Shown here piece after piece: positions 63,407 through 64,000 of a stretch of 64,000 bases of DNA; position 1 is the stretch's first letter, and each line of letters opens with the position of its first letter. The DNA lies in NCBI GenBank assembly GCA_000934665.2, contig KZ538379.1:1-64000 (forward strand). Direction: 5' to 3'. The DNA is from Catajapyx aquilonaris. Taxonomy: Eukaryota. Under the pieces are notes generated by a model. The model worked only from the letters and a program-made list of their open reading frames with translations. It had not been told where the DNA came from and made no database searches. Made by a program: the position numbers and the translations under genes.

Positions 63407-64000
63407 GTCAGTCCGTATCTCTTTTTGTCCGGGGTGAGTCATCAGTACTGGTAGTGTCATCTGTGTGGCTTTTGGGTGACCGCACCAATACTGCTAGATG
63501 TATGAAGTGGCAGGAGTATGCCATCTACGTCAGAGATACGGTACTACGTGGTCAATATAAGTACCACGTTCATTAGTAGTACAGTGTACTACAAAACTAC
63601 AAACGCAAAACAATAGTTGCGCAAGGCATCAATATAATTTTATACACTGCGGTGAAGCATTGTTGCCAATACATGATGTTATTTTTCAACGAGTTACATA
63701 GCCACTTGTCATTCCCAGTTACCCGCCGGACTAACCGCCGATTAAATCGATGGGCTGATAAATAATTAAACAAATTGGTAGGTCAGTAATGACAACGCGG
63801 ATGTACACAGCCGATAGTGAATTACTGCATTGAAGCGGATGATTTGACGTATACAACTAAAGGGTAAAGTCGCCCAACGTAAAACGTTCCGTTAAAGTGG
63901 CATGAACATATCCTGGGCACTGGGTCACCCGCAGAACAAGAGAGGCTCTTGGGTTGCCATGGAGAGTCAGGATAACCCAAGGTTTTCTCCACATAATTAC

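Noticed and set aside
63196..63576. 126-aa ORF overlapping exon 3
   Set aside because: It is an alternative frame of the GC-rich DIP exon. The Ig frame has the family motifs and matching splice sites.

Overview
Eukaryotic genomic DNA, almost certainly from an arthropod, with no prokaryotic-style operons, rRNA or CRISPR arrays. The only well-supported protein-coding gene is the 5' part of a + strand Ig-superfamily cell-adhesion gene of the Dpr-interacting protein (DIP)/Lachesin-like group, most reminiscent of DIP-beta. It has three phase-compatible coding exons: 21145-21196 (signal peptide), then 52743-52849 and 63221-63406 (first Ig domain). The introns are about 31.5 kb and 10.4 kb, and the gene continues beyond the window. 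The rest is non-coding and repeat-rich: tRNA-derived SINEs, many short inverted-repeat elements (Tc1/mariner-, piggyBac-, Kolobok-, hAT- and CACTA-like ends, plus unclassified ones), Helitron-like fragments, a high-copy dispersed repeat, mini- and microsatellites and two assembly gaps. Points worth a second look are two uORFs in front of the DIP start codon, a repeat-derived in-frame alternative splice donor after the third exon, paired fold-back elements bracketing exons, a tandem CCHC zinc-knuckle relic, and regularly recurring AT-rich degenerate minisatellite islands. Nearly all ORFs in the supplied track are spurious. All family assignments come from visual pattern recognition, not database searches.
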